Assembly: GCA_003223645.1 (NCBI GenBank)
Contig: QHVT01000006.1
Coordinates: 340,967 to 404,966 of the forward strand
Reading direction: 5' to 3'
Length of the DNA stretch: 64,000 bases
Source: Acidobacteriota bacterium
Lineage (GTDB): Bacteria; Acidobacteriota; Thermoanaerobaculia; Gp7-AA8
Shown here: positions 26,775 through 36,180 of the stretch, piece by piece
How the letters are laid out: every line of letters begins with the position of its first letter
How positions within the stretch are numbered: position 1 is the first letter of the stretch
Notes under the pieces: model-generated
What the model saw: the letters and a program-made list of their open reading frames with translations, nothing else
The model's database searches: none
What the model was told of the DNA's origin: nothing
Made by a program: the position numbers and the translations under genes

Positions 26775-26953
26775 GTCAACCGAAGCCTAAGAAACCGGGC
26801 CGTCCGAAGTTGGCGAAGGGTCACGCGAAGGCGCACATCGTTCCGGTGCGGTTCAATCCTGACTTGCTCCGACGAGTCGAGAAGGCGGCGAAGGCGAGCG
26901 GTAAGAACGTTTCCGAATGGATCAGGAGCACCCTCGATGCCGCAACGAACTGA
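26771..26953 (+). CDS. Passenger: ribbon-helix-helix protein
   Basis: GTGA overlap; GRPK..VPVRF..AAKASGKNVSEWIR. Confidence 0.75.
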   Translation: MSQPKPKKPGRPKLAKGHAKAHIVPVRFNPDLLRRVEKAAKASGKNVSEWIRSTLDAATN

Positions 26954-26997
26954 GCCGGTCAAATTAGGACACTACCCGCTGCTGCGAGTGGTTGCTT

Positions 26998-27609
26998 TCA
27001 GGAGGGCGATGGCGTAGCCACCGCCCTTCGGAATTTCCGCACGGCTTCGGTTTGGTCTTCGTAGTCGAGGAAGCCTTCGATGAAGGAAGGCGTGAGCCCG
27101 GGCATCACGACGCTCTTCGAGATTTCGACGTACGCATCACCGCGCAGCTCGTACGCCTTTAGCTTTTCCTTTTTCCAGATCCAAACCTCTCTCACTCCGA
27201 GACCGCGATAGACGTCGAGCTTATCGAGTCCTCCGCGTGTCCAAATCACTTCCACCGCGAGATCAGGATTTTCCTTCTCCGCTCCGACGACGTAACACTC
27301 GTCCGGCTCGATTCCCCGCAACTTGGGAGCGTTGCGCATGGTGAGGGAACCGTAACCATTGAAAAATATCCCGTTCTCCTCCGCATAGGTTTCGAGAAGG
27401 CGACCGATCAACGTCTTGTAAAACTCGTGGCTTCGCGATGGACTCATGATCTCGAGTTGTCCCTCCAGGTAGGTCACCCGTACTCCGGCACGATCGCCGC
27501 GGATTGCGAGGAAGGTTTCGAACTGCCACCAGTCGATGTCCTGCAGAATCACGCGCTGATCGGGGTCTAGCGACCTGTCCGGAGGCGCGAGAACGGGTGC
27601 GGTGGACAT
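26998..27609 (-). CDS. Uma2 family endonuclease
   Basis: LEIMSP, EPDECY, PDLAVEV, LGVREVW. Confidence 0.92.
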   Translation of the reverse strand: MSTAPVLAPPDRSLDPDQRVILQDIDWWQFETFLAIRGDRAGVRVTYLEGQLEIMSPSRSHEFYKTLIGRLLETYAEENGIFFNGYGSLTMRNAPKLRGIEPDECYVVGAEKENPDLAVEVIWTRGGLDKLDVYRGLGVREVWIWKKEKLKAYELRGDAYVEISKSVVMPGLTPSFIEGFLDYEDQTEAVRKFRRAVATPSPS

Positions 27610-27673
27610 GAATCGAATATAACACCATATTCCTGAAAATCTTGGCACGCCGCTCGCGATAGAAACCACCCAG

Positions 27674-28366
27674 ATGCGGCGCGTTTCCGTTAGGCCCGGA
27701 GCGCCGGAGAGGCGGTCGTTTCCTCGTCCCCCGCTCTGGCTGAACCTGCTCGTACTTCTCCTCGGCATTGCAGGATTTCTGTACGCGCGCTACGACCGCG
27801 AGCGCGTGTCGACGAAGTTCGCGGGAGTGCTCGCCGAGGAGGCGCGGACGCCGGCGGATACGGCGCGGATGAAAGACGAGCTCGCGAAGCTCGCTCTCAC
27901 GCGCAACGATCTGCAGCATGAGCTCGAAGGGCGGATGAAGTTCGTCGCGAGTCTGAAGTCGGAAGACTTTTACCTTTCGATCGACTCGCGTTCGCATCGC
28001 CTGCGCTTCTACTACGGCGGCACGATCCTGCGCGAAGACGACGTCGCGATCGGCGAGTCGAAGACGATCAACGCGAACGGACACACGTGGACGTTCATCC
28101 CGCTGAAAGGCGCGTTCCCCGTCGAAGCGAAGATCGTCGACTACGCGTGGCGCGTGCCGGAGTGGCTCGATCCCGCGCGTCCGACGATCGCGGACGGTCT
28201 CGGAAAGTACGTGCTGTTTTTACCGAACGGCTACGTGATTCACACGCCGCCGTCGCAAGCGAGTCCGCTGCACGGGCCGAAGCCGGGCTCGTACATGGTC
28301 TCGGAGGAAGCGCTCGCCGCGATCTGGGAGCGCATTCACAAAGGAACCCCGGTGTACATCTATTGA
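27674..28366 (+). CDS. Membrane-anchored L,D-transpeptidase-like protein lacking catalytic Cys
   Basis: TM + coiled coil; YVIHTPP..KPGSYMV..GTPVYIY. Confidence 0.7.
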   Translation: MRRVSVRPGAPERRSFPRPPLWLNLLVLLLGIAGFLYARYDRERVSTKFAGVLAEEARTPADTARMKDELAKLALTRNDLQHELEGRMKFVASLKSEDFYLSIDSRSHRLRFYYGGTILREDDVAIGESKTINANGHTWTFIPLKGAFPVEAKIVDYAWRVPEWLDPARPTIADGLGKYVLFLPNGYVIHTPPSQASPLHGPKPGSYMVSEEALAAIWERIHKGTPVYIY

Positions 28367-28368
28367 AA

Positions 28369-28448
28369 CGGTCGCTCGGTTGCGCAGTCGCGCGGTTACG
28401 CAGCAGATCCTCGCTGCGCAACCGCGTGACCGCGTAACGGCGCAACCG
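28369..28448. repeat. Inverted octamer tandem repeats (GGTTGCGC-type)
   Basis: Same unit at 29296, 31952, 47850, 53064. Confidence 0.7.
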
Positions 28449-28458
28449 GAGGACAGAA

Positions 28459-29295
28459 ATGCGAAGGTGGATCGGACTGCTGGGATCGTGGGCGCTCTTG
28501 GTGCTGGCCCTCGGGATCCTCGGATACGCGGCGGCGACGCAGGCGATCACGCTCGCCGACGCGCGCAAGCTGCGGCGCTACGAAGCCGTCGACGAGGCGA
28601 TCGAAGGCGAAGTGAAACGGCAAGTGCAGCAGATGCAGGAGACGATGTCGAAGCGCTCGACGCAGGTCACCGCGCTGCAATCGGAGGTCACGTCGGCCGA
28701 GAAACAGATCGAAGATCTGCGCGACACGAATCTCGTCATCACCGTGTCGACGAAAGAGAACCACGTCTACGCGCGTCGAAACGGACAGCTCGTGTTCGAC
28801 GCCGTCTGTTCGACGGGCAAAGGAACGACGCTGCGCAGCGGCAGCGAGACGATCATCTTCCGCACGCCGGTCGGACGCTTTCGCATTCAATCGAAAGAAG
28901 AGCATCCGATGTGGGTGCCGCCGGACTGGCACTTCATCGAGCAGGCACGCGAGAACGGACTCGACGTCGTGCATCTCTCGCGCGGCCAGCGACTCGGCGA
29001 CTTGTACGTCAGCGACCACGACGTGATGTCGAATGGCTCGCCGCTGCCGGGCGGAGAGTTGATCGTGCGCGGCGGCGCGATCGTGATCCCTCCGGTCGGC
29101 ACGCACCAGCGCGAGTTCCCCGACGTTCTCGGCGACTACCGCCTCAACCTCGGCGACGGCTACGCGCTGCACGGCACGCAAGCCGTCTCGCAGCTCGGCC
29201 GCAGCGTGTCGCACGGCTGCGTGCGACTGAGCAACGAAGACATCGCGCGCCTCTACGCGATCGCGAACGTCGGTGATGAAGTAGTGATCTACTAG
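28459..29295 (+). CDS. L,D-transpeptidase (YkuD family)
   Basis: CSTG, TPVGRF, YALHGT..SHGCVRL. Confidence 0.92.
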   Translation: MRRWIGLLGSWALLVLALGILGYAAATQAITLADARKLRRYEAVDEAIEGEVKRQVQQMQETMSKRSTQVTALQSEVTSAEKQIEDLRDTNLVITVSTKENHVYARRNGQLVFDAVCSTGKGTTLRSGSETIIFRTPVGRFRIQSKEEHPMWVPPDWHFIEQARENGLDVVHLSRGQRLGDLYVSDHDVMSNGSPLPGGELIVRGGAIVIPPVGTHQREFPDVLGDYRLNLGDGYALHGTQAVSQLGRSVSHGCVRLSNEDIARLYAIANVGDEVVIY

Positions 29296-29375
29296 TCGCG
29301 GTTGCGCGGTTGCTCGGTCGCGCAGTTGCTCGGCAACAGCTCAAAGCCGCAAAACCGCGTAACCGCGTAACCGCG
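29296..29375. repeat. Inverted octamer tandem repeats
   Basis: (CGCGGTTG)n ... (TAACCGCG)n. Confidence 0.7.
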
Positions 29376-29395
29376 GCGAGACTACAATCCTCCCC

Positions 29396-29854
29396 ATGAA
29401 GCGTGCCGCGGTCGTGGTCCTAATCATGGGCGGCGCGTTCCTCGCCTATCGCCAGTTCGGATCGCATGGACCGGCAAAGCGCTATCAGCAGTTCGCTGAC
29501 GAGATTCTCAAGCGCAATTACGCTGCTGCCGCGCGCATGAGCGATGGTCTTTCGGAGCAGCAGGTCGCAACGATGGGAACGCAGGAGCGGATCGGCGCGG
29601 GACCGGCGATGTTCCAGACGCTGTTCCCTTCGCGCTACAACGTCGAGTCGGAAGACAAAGCGAGCGACGGAACCGTCACGCTGCACGCGATTCAGACGGT
29701 GCTCTTCAATCCGCCCGGCGTCGAGTCCGCGCTGCGACCCGCGATGTACGCGAAGCTGCGGCAGACCGTGCAGCTGAAGAAGCGCGACGGCGAGTGGAAG
29801 GTCACGTCCTTCGAGAACAAATTTCAGGAAATGGATTCCTTGTCGTCGAAATGA
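29396..29854 (+). CDS. Exported hypothetical protein (NTF2-like tail)
   Basis: N-terminal hydrophobic segment; LKKRDGEWKV. Confidence 0.7.
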   Translation: MKRAAVVVLIMGGAFLAYRQFGSHGPAKRYQQFADEILKRNYAAAARMSDGLSEQQVATMGTQERIGAGPAMFQTLFPSRYNVESEDKASDGTVTLHAIQTVLFNPPGVESALRPAMYAKLRQTVQLKKRDGEWKVTSFENKFQEMDSLSSK

Positions 29855-30453
29855 ATCCGTGGCGTGATCGGCTCCATCGCTGGTTCGAGCCGCTCGCGCG
29901 GCACTGTCCGCTCTCGCCCAACGCAATCACGCTGCTCGCGCTGGCGATCAATATCGGCGCGGCGTATTTGCTGTATCGACGATTCTTTCTGCTCGCGATC
30001 GTGCTGGTGTCGATCGGCGGATTCGCGGACGCGTTCGACGGAATGGTCGCGCGCGTGCAGCAGAAGACGTCGCGCTACGGCGATTTTCTCGATCATTTCG
30101 CCGATCGCGTGAGCGACACGGTGCTGCTCAGCGGCTGGCTCCTCGGGAACGAGGTGCGCGTCGAGATCGCGCTTGCCGCGATGATCGCGGTCACGCTCAA
30201 CGGCTACATCGGCACGCAGCTGGAGGCGACGTGGCGCGAGCGCGACTACGGGAGCGTCGGCCGCGGCGAGTTCGTTCTCGGACTGATCGTCTATCCCGCG
30301 GTGTCGACCATCCTGTACGACAACGATTGGTCGGCGATCGCGTTCGGCGGATTGCGCATCGTCGAGTGGATGTCGCTGGCGATCATCATCTTCGCACTCC
30401 TCGGCGTCGCGCAGCGTATTGCCATCGCCAACAAGATGGAGCGCTCGCAGTGA
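29851..30453 (+). CDS. CDP-alcohol phosphatidyltransferase
   Basis: DAFDGMVAR..GDFLDHFADRVSD. Confidence 0.92.
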   Translation: MNPWRDRLHRWFEPLARHCPLSPNAITLLALAINIGAAYLLYRRFFLLAIVLVSIGGFADAFDGMVARVQQKTSRYGDFLDHFADRVSDTVLLSGWLLGNEVRVEIALAAMIAVTLNGYIGTQLEATWRERDYGSVGRGEFVLGLIVYPAVSTILYDNDWSAIAFGGLRIVEWMSLAIIIFALLGVAQRIAIANKMERSQ

Positions 30454-31247
30454 CGTCGGTGCGGCGCAATCCGTTGACCGGCGATCCGATTTTGTTCGCG
30501 CCGGAGCGCGCCGCGCGTCCGCACGCGTTCGGCGATGAAGAGGACGACGCGCGCTGTCCGTTCTGCGCGGGACACGAAGAAGACACGCCGCCGGAGATTT
30601 TGCGCGTCGGCAATCCGTGGCGCGTGCGGGTCGTGCCGAACAAGTACCCGCCGATCGCAGGCGCGGAAGTCATCATCGAGTCGCCGCGGCATGACGCGCA
30701 GTTCGACAATCCCGAGATTGTGCACGTGTACGCGCAGCGCCATCGCGCGCACGCCGACGCGGCGTACGTCGCGCTGTTCAAGAACGAAGGAGCGCGCGCG
30801 GGATCATCGATCGCGCACGTGCATTCGCAGCTCATCCCGTTGCCGTTCGTGCCGCCACGCATCGAGCATGAGCGCGCGGCGTTTGCGAACGCATGTCCGC
30901 TGTGCGAGGCGCAGCCGAACGTCATCCGCGAGACGCGCGCGTTCACGTGGTTCGCGCCGCATGCGTCGTCGATGGCCTATCAGCAGTGGATCGTGCCGAA
31001 GCGACACGCCGCGTCGATCGGCGAGCTGCACGATGCGGAGCTCGACGAGCTGGCAACGTTGCTGCGTGATGCCTCGCGGGCGATGCGCAGTCTCAGCGAT
31101 GCCTACAACTGGATGTTCGTGAACACGCCGCACTTTTACATCGATCTGTTTCCGCGCATGACGACCCTCGCCGGACTCGAGCTCGGCACCGGCACGTTCG
31201 TCGAGATCATCGATCCCGCCGCGGCCGCGGAGCGCTTTCGCTCATGA
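30450..31247 (+). CDS. galT: Galactose-1-phosphate uridylyltransferase (GalT/HIT-like)
   Basis: CPFC, VPNKYP, GSSIAHVHSQ. Confidence 0.8.
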   Translation: MTSVRRNPLTGDPILFAPERAARPHAFGDEEDDARCPFCAGHEEDTPPEILRVGNPWRVRVVPNKYPPIAGAEVIIESPRHDAQFDNPEIVHVYAQRHRAHADAAYVALFKNEGARAGSSIAHVHSQLIPLPFVPPRIEHERAAFANACPLCEAQPNVIRETRAFTWFAPHASSMAYQQWIVPKRHAASIGELHDAELDELATLLRDASRAMRSLSDAYNWMFVNTPHFYIDLFPRMTTLAGLELGTGTFVEIIDPAAAAERFRS

Positions 31248-31951
31248 TTCCGCTGCGCGACGACAATCCCCGCCGCACGTTTCCGATCGTCAACTACTTG
31301 CTCATCGCCGCGAACATTCTCGGCTTCCTGTGGGAGCTGCGCCTCGGTCCGTATCTCGACAACGAGATCATGCGCGTCGCATTCATCCCGAAGCGCTTCT
31401 GGGTTCCCGGTTACTGGACCGCCGATGTTTACTCGATCGTGATCTCGATGTTCCTGCACGGCGGCTTCCTGCACATCGCATCGAACATGCTCTACCTCTG
31501 GATCTTCGGCGACAACGTCGAAGACCGCCTCGGCCACTTCCGCTATCTGCTCTTCTATTTCCTCTGCGGCTTCGGCGCGACGTTCGCGCATGCGGTCTTC
31601 AGTCCCGCATCGCAACTCCCCGCGATCGGCGCGTCCGGCGCGATCGCCGGCGTCCTCGGCGCGTATCTGCTGCTCTGGCCGCATGCGCGCGTGCTCACGC
31701 TGATCCCGATCATCTTCTTCATCACGGTTCGCGAGCTGCCGGCCGTGTTCATCCTCGGCCTCTGGTTCGTGCTGCAGTTTTTCAGCGGAATCGGATCGCT
31801 CGGCGTGCCCGACGCGCAGAACGCCGGCGGCGTCGCCTACTTCGCGCACATCGGCGGCTTCGTGTCAGGAATCCTGCTCGTGTTTTTGTTCGGCGGATTT
31901 AGGCGGCCGCGCCGTCGCGAGCCGCCTCTCCCATGGTGGGCGCAGAGTTAG
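31244..31951 (+). CDS. Rhomboid intramembrane serine protease
   Basis: HIASNM, GASGA, AHIGGF. Confidence 0.95.
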   Translation: MIPLRDDNPRRTFPIVNYLLIAANILGFLWELRLGPYLDNEIMRVAFIPKRFWVPGYWTADVYSIVISMFLHGGFLHIASNMLYLWIFGDNVEDRLGHFRYLLFYFLCGFGATFAHAVFSPASQLPAIGASGAIAGVLGAYLLLWPHARVLTLIPIIFFITVRELPAVFILGLWFVLQFFSGIGSLGVPDAQNAGGVAYFAHIGGFVSGILLVFLFGGFRRPRRREPPLPWWAQS

Positions 31952-32011
31952 GGTTTCGCGGTTACGCGGTCTCGCGGTGGGTTCTGCCGCGCAACTGCGC
32001 GACCGCACAAC
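31952..32011. repeat. Inverted octamer repeats between convergent genes
   Basis: CGCGGTTA-CGCGGTCT-CGCGG ... CCGCGCAA-CTGCGCGA-CCGCACAA. Confidence 0.65.
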
Positions 32012-32013
32012 CC

Positions 32014-32772
32014 CTACGAGACTTTCCCGAAATACTTCTCGAGATGATCGTACGCGTTGCGCACGTTCTCGCTCGGGTTGCGCACCTCGGCGAATGCATC
32101 GCGCCACGTCAGGCCGACGCGCTGGACGTTGCGCTCGCGCAGTCCGAAGAGCACTTCGCGCAGCGCCTCCGACTCGGGCCCGGAGAGGTCGGCGCGCATG
32201 ATCTCTTTCTCGAGCGCGACCTGCGCCGCGAGCAGATGCTGCTCTTCCGTCGGCGTTCCGGGATTCGTCACCGCCGGAACTTTCAGCGTCGTGGGACGCA
32301 CGTTCTCGGAGATCTCGCGCGGCTGGCTGCCGCCGCTCATGTCGACGGCGCCGGGGAGCTCTTTCAGCTGCGGGCTGAACTTGCCCATCATGAAGAAGAG
32401 CTCTTTCTCGTTCGCGAAGTTGCCGACGAGACGCGCCGACTTCGCGAGCTCGAGGTGCTCGGACTCCTGCAGCATGATGAACGCGCGCGCGCGATCTTCG
32501 AGCGTGATCTTCTTCGCGTGCACTTTCCACGCGGTCAGCGTGCCCTGGATGAAGCAGGCCTGCCCCGCGCGGATGCTTACCGCTTCGACCGTCACGTTTT
32601 CTTCGATGCGGATCGATCCGTTCGTCGATTCAATCTCTGAATAGACGCCGGAGTTCTGGATCACCAGGTTTCCCGGCGTTTTGATGGACAGCTGTCCGTG
32701 CGTGTTCACACGGATCTCCGTCCCGCGCGGGATGATCATCGTCGGAAAATTGGCCTCGCCGGCTGTACTCAT
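32014..32772 (-). CDS. Bactofilin-like beta-helix protein with helical C-terminal domain
   Basis: Alternating I/V-G strands ending LELAKSARLVGNF; abuts the M23 gene. Confidence 0.55.
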   Translation of the reverse strand: MSTAGEANFPTMIIPRGTEIRVNTHGQLSIKTPGNLVIQNSGVYSEIESTNGSIRIEENVTVEAVSIRAGQACFIQGTLTAWKVHAKKITLEDRARAFIMLQESEHLELAKSARLVGNFANEKELFFMMGKFSPQLKELPGAVDMSGGSQPREISENVRPTTLKVPAVTNPGTPTEEQHLLAAQVALEKEIMRADLSGPESEALREVLFGLRERNVQRVGLTWRDAFAEVRNPSENVRNAYDHLEKYFGKVS

Positions 32773-33807
32773 TCACGACCTCCTCTTCCCAGAGCCGGTA
32801 AACGCTGTCGGTAGCGGATCGAAGTTGCGGTACTCCTTGATGGCACGCGCGCGCATGAGCAGCAGCGCCTCGTTGCTCCATTGATAGTTGAGGATGTAGA
32901 TGCGCGGATCGATCGGATCGAAGCGATCGGCGAGCTCGAGATCGGTGCGCACTTCGTAGTGCAGATGCGAGTTCGTGCTCCAGCCCGTCGAGCCGACGGT
33001 GGCGATCGTGTCGCCCTGCCGCACTTCCTGGCCGGTGCGCACCTTCACGGTGTCGCAGTGGCCGTAGATGGTGATGAAGCGATCGGAGTGTTTGATCGTG
33101 ACGACGTTGCCGAAGCGCCACCAGTTCACGCTCGTGCCGAGGGGGACGCGGCCGGCGAAGGTGACGACGCCGTCGGCGGTGGCGTAAATCGAAGTGCCGG
33201 TCGGCGCGGAGAGATCGAGTCCTTTGTGAAAGTCGGCCGCGCGCGTGAACGGCGAGACGCGATTGCCGAACGGCGATGTGAGCACGAACTGATCGGCGGG
33301 CAGCGGAAGGATCGACGGCGTGTGGCGGACGATGTCGGCGTTCTCGGCTTCGTAGCGCGCGACGACGTCGAGCTGCTGCTGCAGACGGCGCATCGCGGTC
33401 TGCAGTGAGATCTCGCGTCGGCGCCCGTCATCGAGCGGCTCGTCGGCGACGTGCCCGCGCATCGGAGTCGAGAAACCGCCCTGTCCGAGGGAACGGTCGA
33501 GGCCGTAGACCGTCATCAACTTCTCGACGCGGATGCGCTGATCTTCGAGGCTTCGCTCGAGACTCGACATCTGCACGACGTTCTCGCGCAATCGCTCGCG
33601 CTGAATGTCGCGCTCCTCGCGCTGCTCCTTGAGAAAATTCACCTTGTACACGCGGCGGATGACGGTCGGCGCCGCGGCCATCGAGCCGATCAGGCCCGCG
33701 AGCACGATCGAAAGCACGACGATTCCGGTGACGACACGACGGCGGTCGAGGAAGAAGTACCTCACGCGCCGGCGGATGTCGCTCGGGTGGATCTGGATTT
33801 CGATCAT
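32773..33807 (-). CDS. M23 metallopeptidase with TM and coiled coil
   Basis: HKGLD, HLHYEV. Confidence 0.93.
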   Translation of the reverse strand: MIEIQIHPSDIRRRVRYFFLDRRRVVTGIVVLSIVLAGLIGSMAAAPTVIRRVYKVNFLKEQREERDIQRERLRENVVQMSSLERSLEDQRIRVEKLMTVYGLDRSLGQGGFSTPMRGHVADEPLDDGRRREISLQTAMRRLQQQLDVVARYEAENADIVRHTPSILPLPADQFVLTSPFGNRVSPFTRAADFHKGLDLSAPTGTSIYATADGVVTFAGRVPLGTSVNWWRFGNVVTIKHSDRFITIYGHCDTVKVRTGQEVRQGDTIATVGSTGWSTNSHLHYEVRTDLELADRFDPIDPRIYILNYQWSNEALLLMRARAIKEYRNFDPLPTAFTGSGKRRS

Positions 33808-33868
33808 GGCGCAATCACGCGCTGGACAACGCGCGGGTCAGTCAGTGTAGCACAGGGGGTTGTGCGGG

Positions 33869-34555
33869 TTACTGCACAAGATCGGATGCAGTGGCGGACC
33901 GCTTCGTGAGCCGCTTCACCAGCATCGGCAACAACATGATCGTCAACATCAACCCGCACACGATTAGCAGTCGCGTCACCACTTCTCCCTCGCTCATCGA
34001 GCCGTTGAAGACGGCGTCGGCGCAGTAGGTGAAGACGAGAAGAGACGGCGTGATGCCGATGAGCGTCGACGGGAGGAAGTCGCGCATGCGCACACCCGCG
34101 ACGCCGGCGCCGTAGTTGAGGACGGCGAACGGGATGCCGGGGATGTTGCGCAGGATGAGGAGCGATTTGAATCCGGCGTGGTCGACCTGTTTCGCGACCA
34201 TGCGTCCGACTCTGCCGAAGCGATCGAGGACGCCCGTGCCGAGGAAGCGGCCGACGTAGAAGGATGCGACGGCGCCGAGCGTGGCGCCGATGATCGAGTA
34301 GATCGTGCCGAAGACCCACCCCCAGATGAAGCCGGCGGCGACGACGAAGAGCGACGCGGGAATCGCGAAGACGCAGCCGACGGCGAACGCGAGGATGAAT
34401 GCGATCGGTCCATACCAGAGTCCGCGCAGATGCTCGACGAAGACGCGGATGTGGTCGCGCGTGAGCTGCGCGCGCAGCGGCGAGAACCAGATCGCGACGA
34501 ACGCGGCGACGAGGAGGACGAGCACTGCGATCCGGAAGATCGTGCGCTTCGTCAT
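33869..34555 (-). CDS. TVP38/TMEM64 (DedA/VTT) membrane protein
   Basis: ATLGAVASFYVGR, LRNIPGIPF..NY. Confidence 0.88.
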   Translation of the reverse strand: MTKRTIFRIAVLVLLVAAFVAIWFSPLRAQLTRDHIRVFVEHLRGLWYGPIAFILAFAVGCVFAIPASLFVVAAGFIWGWVFGTIYSIIGATLGAVASFYVGRFLGTGVLDRFGRVGRMVAKQVDHAGFKSLLILRNIPGIPFAVLNYGAGVAGVRMRDFLPSTLIGITPSLLVFTYCADAVFNGSMSEGEVVTRLLIVCGLMLTIMLLPMLVKRLTKRSATASDLVQ

Positions 34556-34887
34556 CGCGACGGGCTCACTCTCAGAACGGAGTTCTCGATCGGCGCAGCG
34601 GCGAGGCTGAACGTGTGGAAGACGACTGTGAACGCCGTCTCGCACGGAACGTCGCGCAGATAGAAGGTCGCGGATGATGCGGGGACTTCTTTGTCGATGA
34701 TCATATTTTTGACCGCACACTGCGCTTTCAGCGACTGCAGGACGTCGCGCACGTCGGCGTCTTTGACGTCGAGCGTGACTTTGGACTGCGGCGCCTTCGG
34801 CGCCGCTTTCAAAAGCGGCGGCGCAGCCGCGGCGGTCCAAAGAAGCAAGCCGACCAGAAGAGTTCTCACGAGCGCGAATCTAAACAC
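34552..34887 (-). CDS. Small exported STN/secretin-N0-like domain protein
   Basis: VTLDVKDADVRDVL..NMIID..LRDVP. Confidence 0.65.
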   Translation of the reverse strand: MFRFALVRTLLVGLLLWTAAAAPPLLKAAPKAPQSKVTLDVKDADVRDVLQSLKAQCAVKNMIIDKEVPASSATFYLRDVPCETAFTVVFHTFSLAAAPIENSVLRVSPSR

Positions 34888-36052
34888 GCTCGACGATCAT
34901 GGCAATCCCCTGCCCCCCGCCGATGCAGGCTGAAGCGAGACCGTAACGCTTTTGCCGGCGACGCAACTCGTACAAAACAGTGAGCAGGAGCCGCGTGCCG
35001 GACGCGCCGAGCGGATGTCCGAGCGCGATCGCGCCGCCGTTGACGTTCAGCTTTTCCTTGTCGATGTCGAGCTCTTTGGCGACGGCGAGGATCTGTCCGG
35101 CGAACGCTTCGTTGATCTCGATGAGATCGATGTCGTCGAGCTTCATCCCGGCGCGCTTGAGCGCGATCTGCGTCGCGGGCACGGGACCGATGCCCATGAT
35201 CTCCGGATCGCAGCCGGCGATGCCCCACGAGACGATGCGTCCGAGGGGCTGCGCGTTTTTCTCTTTCGCTTTGTCTGCAGTCGTGACGACGAGCATCGCT
35301 GCTCCATCGACGATTCCCGATGCGTTGCCGGCCGTGACGAAGCCGTCTTTCGCGAATGCAGGCTTGAGCTTGGCGAGTCCTTCGATCGTCGTGTCAGGGC
35401 GGAGGTGATCGTCGCTCGTGATCGTCTCGCCTTTGCGTCCGACCGGAACCGGCACGATCTCTTCCTGCAGCCGTCCCGCATTCGCGGCTTCGGTCGCGCA
35501 CTTCTGGCTGCGCAGCGCGTACTCGTCCTGCGCTTCGCGCGAGATGTTGTGCTTGCGCGCGAGATTGTCGGACGTCTGCGCCATGTAGAGGCCGGCGTAG
35601 GTGTCGAGGAGCGCGACCATCAGCGAGTCTTCCATAGACGACTGGCCGAACTTCAATCCTTTGCGCGCGCCGCGAATCACGTGCGGCGCCTGGGTCATGT
35701 TCTCCATGCCGCCGGCGAGCACGCTCGTCGCCTCGCCGAGCTCGATCTGCTCGGCCGCGCTGATGACGGACTGGATGCCGGAGCCGCAGAGCCGATTGAG
35801 GGTGAGCGCGGGAACGTGTTTCGGAACTCCCGCTTTCAATCCGACATGGCGCGCGCCGTAGATCGCGTCGCCGGAAGTCTGCAGCGCATTGCCGACGATG
35901 ACGTGGTCCATGTCCTCAGGAGCGAAGCCGCTGCGCGTGAGCGCTTCCTTCGCGGCGATGACGCCGAGATCGATCGCGCTGATGTCGGAGAAGTGTCCGT
36001 TGTATTCGGCCATCGGCGTGCGTGCGCCGTTGACGATGAGAATGTCTTTCAA
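34880..36052 (-). CDS. Thiolase (acetyl-CoA C-acyltransferase)
   Basis: NRLCGSG, NEAFA, GHPLGASG, CIGGGQG; TTG start after AAGGAG. Confidence 0.95.
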   Translation of the reverse strand: MKDILIVNGARTPMAEYNGHFSDISAIDLGVIAAKEALTRSGFAPEDMDHVIVGNALQTSGDAIYGARHVGLKAGVPKHVPALTLNRLCGSGIQSVISAAEQIELGEATSVLAGGMENMTQAPHVIRGARKGLKFGQSSMEDSLMVALLDTYAGLYMAQTSDNLARKHNISREAQDEYALRSQKCATEAANAGRLQEEIVPVPVGRKGETITSDDHLRPDTTIEGLAKLKPAFAKDGFVTAGNASGIVDGAAMLVVTTADKAKEKNAQPLGRIVSWGIAGCDPEIMGIGPVPATQIALKRAGMKLDDIDLIEINEAFAGQILAVAKELDIDKEKLNVNGGAIALGHPLGASGTRLLLTVLYELRRRQKRYGLASACIGGGQGIAMIVERV

Positions 36053-36081
36053 GTGATGAAGCTCCTTCGAAAACAGATGAC

Positions 36082-36180
36082 TGCAGAATGCAGAATGCAG
36101 AATGCAGAATTGAGAATTCAGAATTTCGCCTACCCCGATTTCTTCATTCTCGATTCTGCATTCGGCATTCTGCATTCATC
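36082..36180. repeat. Inverted heptamer tandem repeats (GCAGAAT)n...(ATTCTGC)n
   Basis: Directly visible; supplies the C-terminus of the CPBP gene. Confidence 0.85.

Larger units (their letters stand above)
23663..26976. mobile_element. IS1-family element with passenger genes (3314 bp)
   Basis: 17-bp perfect TIR GGTAGTGTCCTAATTTG; 8-bp target duplication CGCTGCTG at 23655-23662 and 26977-26984. Confidence 0.92.

Noticed and set aside
26998..27609. Uma2 gene as IS cargo or defence gene
   Set aside because: Lies outside the TIR and target duplication; a common multicopy family
36053..36175. ORF-track N-terminal extensions of thiolase, BMP, ABC ATPase, S8 paralog 2 and crotonase
   Set aside because: They are translations of repeat arrays or tRNA; better starts with SD, -10 box or family-typical N-terminus lie downstream
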